A stretch of DNA of 64,000 nt from Podarcis cretensis (GCA_951804945.1 OX638150.1:46996001-47060000); one strand, 5' to 3'. Shown: positions 49,331-62,319, numbered from the stretch's first letter. Notes: generated by a model from the sequence alone, not told the origin. Made by a program: numbers and translations.

Positions 49331-50498
49331 TAATACCGTTTGTGTATTTAAATGTGCATTTTGATTTGTTTAAGCTATGAAGAACTATGGCACATTAGAA
49401 TGTGCAAATCCATTTGATAGCTAAAGTCTAATCTGCCCATTAGTCCAAGTTTCAGATCATTTTCTCTACGAATTTGCAAAGATTAAACATCACTCAATAC
49501 CAGTCAGTTCAATAAGGCTTGCACAGGAGACCATCACATTGACCAAATCTTTGTGCATTTAACCTACGGTAATTACTAAATGCTGCTTTCTATTGCACCA
49601 TATATATTTTATCCACCATGACTTATTAAACTGCACTTCTAAGTTAGTGGAAAGTGTGTATCAGCATTAAACAGATCCCACATAAATAAAAATCTAGAAC
49701 TGATGCTTTACTGATATTTTCATACACAATCACTTGATAGGCAAACCTACCCCTTTTCTCATTTAATCATTGTCAAAAGTGATGTTGAAGAAACACAATG
49801 CTTCCTTTAGTTTCACTGTTCTGCACTTTGCATGTCAATTCTGCCTTTTAAAAGAGTCCATTGGAATGTTGAGAACAAACAAAATTCATTTGCAAAAAAA
49901 ACAAAAACAAAAAAGAAATAAATCATTATAAATTGCTAGCATCCTTCACAAAATATGAAGAATCTATAACATTGCATTATCAAGAACTTGGAGGGACTGG
50001 GTGAATGGTTACGTATGCAAATCTCAGAGAATGAATTAATTCCTTTTGTAAATTTTAAGATAATTAGTTTAGAATCCTGATTGAGACCTGGAGTAAAATT
50101 CAGTCATGTTGGTATGTTATTAGAGATGATTGACATTAAGCTGAACATAAAGGATATTAGCCTCATTTAATCATCATTATTTGCAGAAGCCCTTGTTTGT
50201 CTTCAAGCCTAGGATATAAAAAATGCATGGCATTTGGGCGAAATAGGTATGTAGTGGGAACCTTGCCAATGAGCCAAATTAATGTGGACATTCTATTCTG
50301 CATACTTACCTTCTTCTAATACCTAAGGCCAGGCTGGTTCTTTCCTGTTTATGTACATTGTAGGTAATGAGCAGAATGACATTCATAGAGTATAACAACC
50401 TCTGAAGTAACTGTACGCACCACAAAGAAAAACGAGGTGATTTTCCAAGGTGATTTTTGTAGATAGTGTTAATGACAGCAATGCCAATGACAGTCTTA

Positions 50499-50503
<5 letters not shown>

Positions 50504-50542
<39 letters not shown>

Positions 50543-50544
50543 AT
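50504..50544. repeat. (TAAA)n microsatellite
   Basis: Seen directly. Confidence 0.95.
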
Positions 50545-51619
50545 TGTGACCTTTATATACATTGTGTTGTGGAAATTACTTACTCCCAAGTAATTGTAAC
50601 AAACAACTATTAGTTCATATGACTATGAACTCTCACACATAAGACTGAACTGCAAGCACTAAGAGGAAACTTGACACTGAATTTCTCATTCAGCAAAGTA
50701 CCATTATGAAATAACTTAATGGCTAAATTTCAGTAGAATTCAAAAAATCACATCTCCTTGTTGGGACCATGAAACACATACTCCCCCCCCCCCCCATAAA
50801 GAAAAAGAGGAATTATGTCATATAAATATTAAGTAAAAACAATGTATAAAGAAACAAAATTTTCCTGGCTCTGATGTCAGCAGGTGCTACAGTCCTTCCA
50901 TGTTTACATGGAAGTAAGTCATTGATTTCAATGTGACTTGGAGCCAAATGACACTAAATGTGTCATTAGAAAGCATGTTAGGTTTTCATTTTTTTATTTA
51001 TTTAACAATAAATAAAAAACACATACAAAGGGGATGGGCCTGTCAATGGTCCCACTTATGTTTACCAGTACAAACTGTATAAGCAGCAGTGAGGCACTTG
51101 CTTCTACTGGTGTACCAACTTCCCTCCCATACTGGCAACATGATCAGTCTTCTGCCCAGGTACAAGACCAGCACAACCTGAATGTGGTGCCCACCAGGAG
51201 GGCATGAAGTAATCACTGGTTCCTTAAAAAATGTCACTGGTGACTGACACCTGGGTTGCTATTTAGATTAGAAAACAGGTTTTGTCCCTCACATTTTGCA
51301 CAATGTGGCCCTTGCAAACAGGCCACATTGTAGACCCATCGTTTTTTAAAATTGGTTATGAGCGGCTAAAGCAAGTAGGGGATGGTACTTATCTACTTTG
51401 GCTCCAGGGTGGAATTATAGATTAATTATTTGGAGCAGAGTGCCTACCTTTAGTTCTCATCATTATTGTTGCAATTCAGGTGTAAGCTTCAAATAATGTT
51501 TTCCCTAGATTTTTCTACATGTACTCAAGCCAATGCATAAGTGTTAAATGGAAGAGTCAAAATACCTCTTAATGTGAATTCCCATACATCAGAGGTGAGG
51601 CAACTCATGGGCCTAATTA

Positions 51620-51862
51620 CCGTATATACTCGAGCATAAGCTGACCCAAATATAATCCAAGGCACCTAATTTTACCACAAAAAACTGGGGAAACTTATTG
51701 ACTCAAGTATATGCCGGTTCACCACACCAGAGGCTAGTGGCAGCAGTGGTGGAGGAGGAAGGAGCAGCCCAAAAGGACCCTCACTTGAGTATAAGCTGAG
51801 GGGGGCTTTCTCAGCATTAAAAAATGTGCTGAAAAAGTCGGCTTATACTCAAGTATATACGG
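51620..51862. mobile_element. Tc1/mariner (Tc2-like) MITE
   Basis: TA TSD; TIRs CCGTATATACTCGAGCATAAGC / GCTTATACTCAAGTATATACGG. Confidence 0.88.
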
Positions 51863-53049
51863 TAGGTCCTTCATCTGCCCTACATCTTAGGTCATATATG
51901 ACATAAAGTGTGTGGCAAGATGAAGCTTGTGGGGGAGGGGGCTCAGTGCTATCTAGACACAGACAATCAGCTCATTGTTGGGAATGACGTCTAGAGGTTT
52001 GGACTTCCCCAGTACAGACAGTCAGCTATTTGCTGGTGCGAGGGATGTACATACGCTTTTCAGCCCGTGTAGTTTAATTACAAACCATGCAGGCAAAATG
52101 GGTCATCTGTTGTCATTGTGACATCAAGTGTTTGACAAGTGGGAGGCCCCACCCACCTGTCAATTTTGGCCTGTGTGTGTTAGTTGTTAAAGATCTGGCC
52201 TGCCTGACAGGTCCAGTTCATTACCCTCAATGTACACGGAGTGTAAAATGATAGCATACGCTGGCTCCCATTGCTCCGATTGTTCAGTAATATGGCTTTT
52301 ATAACAAAATAAAAACATTGTGGAAAATGAGTTCAGTCGAACACATACGGAACATAAGCAGGATTTGATGTGTGAATAATCAAAACTCATTCAGTGTTCT
52401 TTTTCTTACACTTCTCAGCATCTTGAAAACCTAGACATAAAATTTAGTCCAACGAAGTGAAAGACAGCAAGATGGATTAGTTCACTTCCTGGGTTTTCCC
52501 TTTACGTGGGTGACTTGTATGAAAAGTACTTGTAAGGGTCAGGCAAAATCTGGCTTTCCATATTTCTCATAGAATCCAGTAGTTCATTAGATTCAGCTGG
52601 GAAGTCTGAAGTGATGAACTAGTCAGATTTGACTATGCTTCAAATTATTTTTGACATGGCAAATTGCTGTTCTACTCAATAGCCTGGGTCTAACAGAGGG
52701 TGTAAATTCACATTGCTCCATTTAACAGCCCTGGGGCTATGCCAGGTTAAGACCACTGAACATTGGATCACATTCTTCTCCTGACAATAAAGTAGCTTTT
52801 TTTCATTCTGCATGGTGAATAGCTGGTTCAGTGATACATAAAGGCACTTGTGAGTCTTTCAGTGGTATTCCTCATGCCACACCAATTAGACAGTGAAAAA
52901 CTTTAAGAAATGAGCTGGACCAAACTGACGCGAAAGGGCAAATGTCACAGAATGAATTGGTAAACTGACTCTTCAAAAGTGGCCTTCATTAATCTGTGCT
53001 TTAAAAAATAAACCATGCTGCTTTCCTTCAGCTTAAAGTATCTTACATA

Positions 53050-53420
53050 AATAAAAGAGATATAATAAATTTAAAACAAAAATACAATGAAAACATAACT
53101 AAAATGACAGCATCAAATTGCCCATTGAATTGCCTGGTAACTAGCCTGCCACTTCACAAGCTTTTTCAGACCTTTCCAAAGGTGACTAAGGCAGGGATGA
53201 AATAAACTTCAAAGAGATAATTGTTCCATAACCTTGGGGCAATCACTGTAAAGGCCCTGCTTGAGGCAGTTAAAGTGCTCAGCTTTTTGAACTGTTTTGA
53301 TACAAAGCACTGAAGGATTAGAAAAACACAGGTGGTGTTGCAGGGTATATCTAAAGCTTCAAAGTGAACAGATGCATGAGATTTGCATATTTGAAGTTCT
53401 GCTACAACATGAATGATAAG
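53050..53420 (-). mobile_element. Old L2-clade 3' fragment
   Basis: RAFTVIAPRLWN within ORF 53166-53423. Confidence 0.6.
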
Positions 53421-53879
53421 CACTAACAGTCCTCTTAGACATAATCATGATAGTTGCATATTTTCAAACAATGAACCTTGTTTGGGATAGTGGAATGGAA
53501 TGTTATGTTGGCCCATTACCCTAGTCAATGTGGTCCCTAGTAACTCCTTAGGTGCCCCAACATGGCTCTAAATAGTATGTCCTCGAGCAGTTAAGACAGA
53601 ATGAATAGACCAAGCCCGGGCATCTGCCATATTTCACCTGCACAGTATGCAATTTTGCAATCCTTCATAGGCAGATGAGTGTTCTCTGAAGAAGCATGGT
53701 AGCCACTGATGTGGCAAAACTACACTAATCTCTGTTATATGCAAACAGGACAGAGGCAGAGCCCAGAGTGCCAGGGCTTTTCCACTGCTTTGTTTCTTTT
53801 AATGATTAGATGTAAGCAAGTCCCTAAACTTGGGCGATCAAGAGTCCAGTTCATGATAGCCATAAACTGGAATGTAACA

Positions 53880-54340
53880 GCTATCGCCTGCTCACACATT
53901 CTTCCTACATAGGGAAAATGAATGAGAGGGCTATGGCAGAACAACTGCAGACATTCCTGGATCAAACTGATTATCTGGATCCATTCCGGAGGTGGCTGCC
54001 TCAGTCTGCCTCAAAGGTAGTCTGGCCCCTGAGGTTTGGTTGGCCTTCACTAAGGACTGAGCCTTTAGCATGGTTGGCCCTGTCTGGCGAAAGTCCTACT
54101 GGTAGATGTTTGGCAGGAACTGCCCCTGCCTTCTTCTAAATGTCTTCTGAAAACTGTCTTATTTAGACAAGCCTTCACAATGTGAATTTCTCTCCTTCAC
54201 CAGCCATGTCTACTGATGTTTCGGTGATGTTTTTATGGATACTTTTATTGTTTTTATTATATTCTGTATGTCTCATGCCACCTTGATATATGTTATGAAA
54301 GAGCAGTTTATATTATTTTGATCAAATGAATAAATGAATA
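53880..54340 (+). mobile_element. L2-clade remnant with a large internal deletion
   Basis: ERAMAEQLQTFLDQTDYLDPF (pre-RT region) lies close to a 3' end LLKTVLFRQAF and an AATAAA-like tail. Confidence 0.65.
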
Positions 54341-54349
54341 GACAGACTC

Positions 54350-54845
54350 ATTACGAACGTAAGAAGCACCAGCTGGATCAGACCAATGGCCAAACTGCAC
54401 TCTCCACTCTTGGGATTGCCAGCATCTGTTGTCCATTGAAGGCAGGAAATAGCCATCATGACTAGTAGCTGCTGATACATAGTAGTACATGAATTTACCC
54501 AATTCTCTTTATTCTCTGTATTGAGTCCATGATAACTTCTTGGGGGAGCAAATTCCCTAGGTGAAGTATGAAAAGGTACCGTATTTTTTCTGTGTATAAG
54601 ACAATGTTTCCAGAATTTTCTTGCCTCAAATTGGGGAATGTCTTATCCACAGAGTTATTCAGTAAGTCTGGTACAAGGCAGCATAGTCAAGGATTTCCCC
54701 CCAAAAGCTCAACAACTTCAAAGTATTGATTTCTAATTTCTTGGCTCCCAAAAATAGGGGCTCGTCTTATACATGGGGGTATCTTCTACTTGGAAAAATA
54801 AGGTACATTGTCCTGTCTGTCCTGAAACTTTCAACACTTAGCTTC
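54350..54845 (-). mobile_element. CR1 3' fragment interrupted by a MITE
   Basis: GCTGGATCAGACCAATGGCC, AGCCATCATGACTAGTAGC and TCCTGTCTGTCCTGAA are reverse-complement CR1 3' motifs. Confidence 0.65.
54579..54803. mobile_element. Tc2-like MITE
   Basis: TA TSD; CCGTATTTTTTC ... GGAAAAATAAGG. Confidence 0.75.
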
Positions 54846-56239
54846 GTCAAGTGGCCTTGGAAAAGCTACTTTTCCTCTGTCTCCGTTCCCCATGTCTAAA
54901 ACAGACATGTCTAAAAGTATCTCTTACCTGTGAGTATCTCTGAGTACTAACAAAATGAAAACAGTAAAGTGCTTTTAATATTGAATGGGTTACATACATT
55001 ATTATGATGATAATGACAACGATCCTTATGAGATGGAATGTATCGCTCCCTAATGTTTTTTTATTCCACAACCATGGCATGTTTTTGTTTGGCATAGCTG
55101 CACTGCAGTATTTAAATGCCTGTATCTAGAATCTGTTGTCACTTAATGATTCACAAAACACTTCATAGGATGGGGAGGGGAAATGTGAAGGTCAAAGATG
55201 ATACCAAACACCATGTAAATAAATCAGCATTTCAGAACTGTTGAGATGTAAGGACAAAGAAAGACAGTTCTGTGGCACTACTATCTATCTACATTGAAGT
55301 CTACTTCACATTTTTGCTGGCTCTCATTCTTTGATTTTTGGCTCATTGCTTCCTTATCTAGTCAGAAATGATGAATCTGTGAAAGGATATGGTGTAGCTG
55401 AGCTATTTAACTGCTTAACTCCCTGGGCTTTTTGTCAATACTTGGCCAAGCAAACAAACACATAGTTTAATAACAAAAAAGTAAGGGGTGGGGGGTTCAG
55501 TAACATGCAGCCTTTAAAAATAAGAATGAGTTAAGCATGAGCACATTTTCAATCCAGGAGTCTTTTGCCTCGTGGAATTGAAAGATTCAGAGTAATAAAT
55601 CCTTTCCAAATGTATAGCGGTACAATAGCTGCATCCTTTTTTCTTACCCAAATCCCTAGTGTTTAGTTAGAAGCTCAAACATTTTCTAAGGCACTCCAGT
55701 ATAAATTAGATCATCTCCAGATGTTTTGGTACCGTGAAGAGAGAAGCTCAAATTCACTTTTAATGAACCGTATTTTAATGTCAGTCTTCCCTATCTCCTT
55801 AAATGACAAAGAGCTCATCAGACTTTGTAATGAATCCCACAACTGTATCATTTTCAGCCCAGTCATTTATTAAGCCTCCCTCCTTGTATCTATGCTGGTC
55901 TGCAGTAGCAGCAGGTTGACAGCCTAAGTAAACTACACTGAAGATTTGTTAGGCGAGCTCGGAGCATTTAAAGAAATGTCACTGGAAACAGCAGGATGTG
56001 TTGAAACGCAGAGTTCTAGACAGGAGAACAGGTTAACAAGGGGCTGGTGAAATAAAGGAATGCACGAAGAGCCATAAAGGTAGCATTGAACAGAGGCTGG
56101 GGAGCAAATAATATTGGAAGGGATGTTCAGTTCAGTGAAAAAATCACAATAAAAATAATAATGAAGTGAGTGTAGGGCAGGAGGGGAAATACCGAACACA
56201 TTTAACTACAGTGCTATGGACACTTCCCTATCATGTTTA

Positions 56240-56467
56240 CAGTGGTACCTCGGGTTATAGGCGCTTCAGGTTGCAGAAGCTTCAGGTTACAGACTCCGTT
56301 AACTAAGAAATAGTACCTTGGGTTAAGAACTTTGCTTCAGGATGAGAATAGAAATCAAGCGGCAGCAGGAGGCCCCATTAGCTAAAGTGGTACCTCAGGT
56401 TAAGAACAGTTTCAGGTTAAGAACAGGCCTCCAGAACGAATTAAGTTCTTAAGCCGAGGTACCTCTG
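56240..56467 (+). mobile_element. Tc1/mariner MITE, family A
   Basis: TA TSD; CAGTGGTACCTCGGGTTA / TAAGCCGAGGTACCTCTG. Confidence 0.9.
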
Positions 56468-56562
56468 TACTTACTTAGGAACAAGCCTCACTGAGACTAG
56501 TAAGAATTAATTCCAAATAGACTTATGGACAACTAAACTTATTTGTCTAATCCTGTCTACTC

Positions 56563-56682
56563 CAGGGGTAGGCAACATGGAGAGTCAGCTCCAATTGTTG
56601 GACTACAACAACTTCTGGCCATGCTGGCTGGGGTTTGATAGAAGTCCAGCAATGTCTGAAGAACACAATATTGCTTAATCTG
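56563..56682. mobile_element. Short old hAT-type MITE remnant
   Basis: CAGGGGTAGGCAAC start; GGACTACAAC...GGCCATGCTGGCTGGGG...AGTCCAGCAA internal palindromic pattern. Confidence 0.55.
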
Positions 56683-57254
56683 GTCTCATCTGGCAGGCAG
56701 TGGTCAAGACAGATGTTCTTTTCCAGCCTGACTACCTAGGATCCTTTCAGTTGACATCTTGAAGACTTAACTGATATGAAGTGCATATGCTCTCCCACTG
56801 AGCTATGGACCATCGCTAAATCACAGGCTCCTGGTGGCTGGTGGCGGCGGGTGGCATGGGATACAGAGAATATGCCTTAGAATTTCAGGTTGCATTGTCT
56901 CATTTTACCAAGTTCCTTTAGGTATCATTAAATGTCTCTAGTTCTCCCTTTAAAATAGATGTGGGAAACTTGACCACATAACCTGCCTACAAACAAAAAA
57001 GTGACATGTATAATTGTGATTAGATATGTTTGGTTCTTCTTATGGCATCTTCATAATCCTTTGGTTACTAAGGGTTCTCCCACTAGTTTGCACTTCCATG
57101 AAAGGAACAGGTGTTGATGAGGAATACTTCTTGATCAATCTGCCACTTGAAGTCCAGGTGACCTTGGTAGCTAGCAGTGCCTATTTCTAGCTATTGTTAG
57201 TTCACCAGCAATAGCCCTGGATAAGAATAGCTTGGCCATTGTGATCCATGCATC

Positions 57255-57382
57255 TATCCTCACAACATTCCTGTGAGGTAGAGAGATAGTAACTGGCCCA
57301 AGGTCTCACATTGAGCTTCATGGCTGAGTGGGAAGTTGAACTTGGGTCCTCCACATTCATATTCTGCTTCTCTAACCACTGC
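57255..57382 (-). mobile_element. MIR/Squam3-like SINE remnant
   Basis: ATCCTCACAAC..CCTGTGAGGTAG..CTGGCCCAAGGTC..TGAAC..TCTAACCACT, the reverse complement of a tRNA head plus core. Confidence 0.7.
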
Positions 57383-57449
57383 TGACATGGGCTCTCACCA
57401 GCTCTCCAATCTCTCCCCCCCCCCTTGACTGAAGACATATGGAGCTCTA

Positions 57450-57691
57450 CAGTGGTACCTCAGGTTAAGTACTTAATTCGTTCTGGAGGTCCGTTCTTAA
57501 CCTGAAACTGTCCATAACCTGAAGCACCACTTTAGCTAATGGGGCCTCCTGCTGCTGCCGTGCCGCTGGAGCTCGATTTCTGTTCTCATCCTGAAGCAAA
57601 GTTCTTAACCTGAAGCACTATTTCTGGGTTAGCGGAGTCTGTAACCTGAAGCGTGTGTAACCTGAAACATATGTAACTCGAGGTACCACTG
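57450..57691 (-). mobile_element. Tc1/mariner MITE, family A
   Basis: TA TSD; CAGTGGTACCTCAGGTTA / TAACTCGAGGTACCACTG. Confidence 0.92.
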
Positions 57692-59039
57692 TAATAGGAA
57701 ATGAATGAGTATCTGTGCAGTATTTTAGAAGAGGCAAAGGTCATATCTGGATTTGCTATGGCACTTTGATGGTGTTTTCACCCTTCGCTGAATGTTATTC
57801 CAGGTCTGAAACAAAGTTTTGTAGCTTTTGCAATTCAGTATCTTCGGATTTGCTAGGATCAAAGTGTAGCTCATAATTTAGAGACATTAGGTAATGTGTC
57901 CACACTCAGGTTCAGCTCAAACAGACTTGTTCACAGCAATCCATTTCCTTCATTAGGTTCCCAATGATGGTGGTTTTCTCATTTGTTCAGAACAGTACTT
58001 AATCAGCACACATGCAAATTTCAAGAAACCCAATATTTAATTGCTGGAAAGAATACTTGTAAGTACAAGTACTAAAATGACTAGTTTTAGTGGCTAACTC
58101 TCAAAGCAAAATATTAAGCTGCAGGAGTGCAACGTAACTTGTTTTGATCATCCAAGGTTGTCGTGCTTCGCTGTGTAGACAAATCTATTCTTCAATGAGA
58201 ATGAGAAATGAGAAACTAATAGGTGGTCAGTTTCCTTCTGTACTGAGTAGAAGTCTTGACCTTGACACTGGATGAAAAGAAAATCATGTCTAAAAGGTGA
58301 ATAATTGACATGGAACACCTGCTTATGCAGGGGTCTGGCGGTGCTTATAAGGTAATCATGGCTGCCCTTTAGCCTTCCTCTCACTATGAGGTAGCTGTAA
58401 TTCAGTGCCAGATAGACTAGTTGGTTAAATAGAAACATGATATCTTTATTTTTCCTTGCGCCCTTTTCCTTCAGTAGTTGCATTTGAAACAGACATCAGG
58501 GTTTGAGGCAGGGTTGCAGTTCAGAAGCTTAATGCGTATTTTGCATGCAGAAGTTTCCAGTTTCAATTCCCAGGATCTCCAGGAAGGGCTGGAAAAGACC
58601 CCTATGTAAGACCCTGGTGACCTGTTTCCAGTCATAGTAGACCAGATGTAGGCAGGCTAAGCTTGCAGAACCTACCAGTACTTTGTTTTCACTAAAAAGT
58701 ATTCATTTATTAATTGTATTTATTAGTAATCACATAACATACATTCTTTCCAAGAAGTGAAGGAGCCCAAGATGTACCAATGAGGCACTGAAAAACTCTG
58801 AATTGTGGGTCATCGTACCCACAGCCTAATCACAAACTACAGAAGATTTTGTTTTAAAATCTAAAAGTGTCATGCAAAGTGCCTCCCCCCCATAAAAGTT
58901 CTATAGTGCTGTGCTTTAGCAAAAGCCAAAAACAACACTACAGAGCTCTGCAGAGCTCTGCAGGCAGCTTTCTGGAAAGCATCACACTGTAAGGCTTGTG
59001 TAAATGTTTAACAGATACTAAAACTGACAGCCATACATC

Positions 59040-59365
59040 CAGTAGTGGAGGAACCCTTTCCGGCACCTGGGGTGGGACACCGAGGGTCGGGGAGAACCGC
59101 CCGGTGACGCGTGCGTAACGTATGTACGGACTGGGCATGTGCGGCATCCCGTACAGAGCGTACATGTGCAGCATCCTGGACGGTCGCCGTGTGAGAGGCA
59201 GCCCATACGGACGTCCGTACGGATGCTGTGCGAGAGGCGCCCACACTGACTGCACACACCCTCGGCCGCTCTACAGCTGGGGGGAGGCAGGGGCCATCTT
59301 GTCACCTCCCCAGAGTGGCACCCGGGGCACCCCGCCCCTTCCGCCCCCCACTTTGTACGCCCCTG
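59040..59365. mobile_element. CpG-rich hAT-superfamily MITE
   Basis: Perfect 8-bp TSD CATACATC at 59032-59039 and 59366-59373; CAG...CTG ends; GTACGG/CCGTAC repeats. Confidence 0.85.
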
Positions 59366-59589
59366 CATACATCAATCTCCCCCTTCTATAATGGTACAGC
59401 TTACCAGTGTGGCCTGATAGCATGATATTGTGCAAACCTTCACCCAAGTCAATGCCAGGAATGGATAAATCCGTCAGTTCCGGCTTCTCTTGACTTCTCA
59501 CATTTCTTGATCTGTTTCTGGTTTTTGTTTCCAAGTTGTCATAAAAATGAGACTTTTAAAAGGTGTTTGTGGGAAGGGGGATTTTTGGT

Positions 59590-59705
59590 TTGTTTTTGTT
59601 TTTATTATGCGTTTTATCTTCTCACTTTGTAATTTTCTGTTGTGAACCGCCCTGGGATCTTTGGATGAAGGGTGGTATACAAATTTAATAAAAAGATAAA
59701 TAGAT
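59590..59705 (+). mobile_element. L2-clade 3' tail
   Basis: TGTGAACCGCCCTGGGATC...GAAGGGTGGTATACAAAT followed by an A-rich (TAAA-like) tail. Confidence 0.65.
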
Positions 59706-62152
59706 AACGAAAATGAGTGTGCATTTCTACCACTATGCTAAACTTTATATGCAATTTTGCATCACCATGCATTCCTGATGCACAGTGCACTCTCAACACA
59801 CACGTTTTTGTCTTGTATACACATTTTTGTGCATGCATTTCCCTAATGTTTTTGTTTTGGGGGTGGAGAACTGTACTGCAAGATTTGGAGAAAGCTGCAT
59901 TTCAGCTCGTGTATTCTAAACTGAACCAAATTTGTCACCCAACTTTAGAGAACAACAACAACACAACACTTTGATATTCAGACATGATTAGATTGTAATA
60001 GACATTAATGCCATTTTCTATGACAGTCACATTTATATAATGTCTAGTTCTGGCCTAAATGCCCATCTGTTAGAGCTGTATTCTGTAGGTCCACTATATA
60101 ACCCTGTGAATGCATAGTGGCAAACTGACAACTTTAATTTTGTATGCAGACATTTGAGGGAAAGTATGCATCATGATTATTGGGTAATTGTCTTCACTGT
60201 ACTGTATTAAACTTGGGAAAACTGCTGTAAGCCAAGGCAACAGCAAAATAATAGCTGTTCTCTGGAAATGCTTTTTGTAGTACCTGCCATAGTTATTACC
60301 TGTACTGTATCCCTTTTATTAAATTCTTTATCTGAGATTCAATTGTCTATTCAATAACATCAAGCATTAGTCAGATAACAGGCTGACATAAATATTGATT
60401 TACTCTGACTGATAATAGAATCAATCTCTCCAAGGCCCACGAAAATACTCTTTATTGAGGAGTCTATTCAATAAGCATCTGTGCAAGCCCTTTATATGTG
60501 TGTGGGGTGCATAATGTATATGAAATGTATGTTATAAGAACACATAAATCAAGTGGTGCCCAGCTACAAAAGACCATTCTATTTCAGTATTCAAGAGGTT
60601 TCCTTAGCAATAGATTCAATGCTTATCCATAAGCAGTAATTGCAATAAAATATTATACAGCACAAGATAGCACTATTAATCAACACAACTGATTTCTTTT
60701 AAGTGAACTACATATGTATTGGATTGCATTAATACTTCTTGTGCATTTTGTATGAAAATTAAATGCTATAAAGTGATTTTTTATTGTTGAGGGAACAAAA
60801 AATATCAAAGGGAAGTGAAGTAGCTTCAGTGCTTAGATAATGAACTACTGGAGGATGCCAATCTCAATGGTTTGAAGTATTACATTTGAAATTAAGAGAT
60901 GTAATACCGAAGTCTTTGTCCTAGAATATAGGGCAAGACTATATCATTAGAATGGGACAGTACAAACATGGGCAATCTACTCCAGATTATGATTAGCTCT
61001 GAGAATGTATTATGTATTATGTTCTGTATATTAATTTGCATACTATTTGCATATGAGTGGGACATCAGTTACATGAGATCTCTTCTGTTATAATGGCTGT
61101 GCAATTTTATTCACTGAGAAAAATAAAAGTTAGTATTACTTCTCTTCGTGTGCTTTGGAGCCTTTCATCAGCTCAATGACATCTTACTATATACTCTGAC
61201 AGTGTAATCCTAAGTATTTCTACTCAGAACTAAGTGCCATTGTGTTTAATGGAGCTTGTTTCCAGGTATATAGGTGTATATTCTTATTCTTATTCTGAAT
61301 AGGCTTGCAAGGGATTTTCCAAATATATATATTTTTAAAGAGAAATCCCCTTCCCCACAACTGAATGTTATCACATTGATCCTATATGAGTATATTTTGC
61401 ATTCCCAAGAGATCATATGGGGGGGGGGATTTAATTAATAATTCTTCACACACCTATTCCCCTGTCCATCTTATTCCTAGAAACCACTTTTTCTTCTGTA
61501 TCTGTGTCCTCTGTTATATTTCCTTTCTGTTTTGAAGCAACAGATTACTCTTAAAAAAAGAAGAACTGTCACATGAAAAGTGACAGGTGGCTCCCTGTCT
61601 GGAACCTTGACATATTTCCACATATGCACTTTTGTTTTCCACACTTGACTTCACCCACATTTCTGCAGATTCATTTTTAACCGGTTTAGCACTACTAGTT
61701 CATACTGATGAAGTGGCAGGACAGAACCTATACAAAACACAGCTGCATTGTGCTTTCGGTATGGTACAACTTTCAGAATATATGATTAATGTTGAGTCAC
61801 TGAATAAAAGGCTATATGCTTCCTGCTTTTTAAAACTTTTTTTGAAAAAGTAACTGCATTACAGGACCAAGTTGGACGGTTTTTTCTCTCTAGTATTGCC
61901 CTGTGCATTGTTCCCGAGTTGAATTGCATTGTTGTTTCTTGAGGACTCGGTAACATTCACAGGTTTAACATGCAAGTACATAAAATTAGAATAAAAAAGA
62001 GTCATATTTCTGCAAACTTTGTACTTTGCACTCTCAGCTAGTTTCCCCTAATGTTCGAATGCTTTACAATGTGTTGCTTAGCATCCATTGAGAATGCTTC
62101 AATTCCTCTTCTTTTAAAAAGGACAAAACTGAACAAACCACCAAAATATTTC

Positions 62153-62319
62153 CATAGAATCATAGAATCATAGAGTTGGAAGAGACCACAAGGGCCATCG
62201 AGTCCAACCCCCTGCCAAGCAGGAAACACCATCAGAGCACTCCTGACATATGGTTGTCAAGCCTCTGCTTAAAGACCTCCAAAGAAGGAGACTCCACCAC
62301 ACTCCTTGGCAGCAAATTC
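62153..62319 (-). mobile_element. Young CR1 LINE 3' end
   Basis: (CATAGAAT)n, the reverse complement of the (ATTCTATG)n octamer tail; AGTTGGAAG.GACC.CAAGGGCCATC.AGTCCAACCCCCTGC. Confidence 0.9.

Noticed and set aside
51300-51331. Perfect 11-bp hairpin ACAATGTGGCC/GGCCACATTGT
   Set aside because: Too short for an RNA gene call; chance or a MITE relic.
18342-57691. Recurrent TAACCTGAAG units resembling a CRISPR-like array
   Set aside because: Internal repeats of dispersed MITEs in a vertebrate genome; no repeat-spacer architecture or cas genes.
58148-58483. 111-aa minus-strand ORF in unique DNA
   Set aside because: No recognisable similarity and no supporting splice or promoter signal that I could verify.
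58941-58960. Tandem palindrome (CAGAGCTCTG)x2
   Set aside because: Simple 10-bp slippage duplication with no further support.
58938-59534. Cluster of six overlapping ORFs
   Set aside because: Explained by the low stop-codon frequency of the GC-rich hAT MITE.
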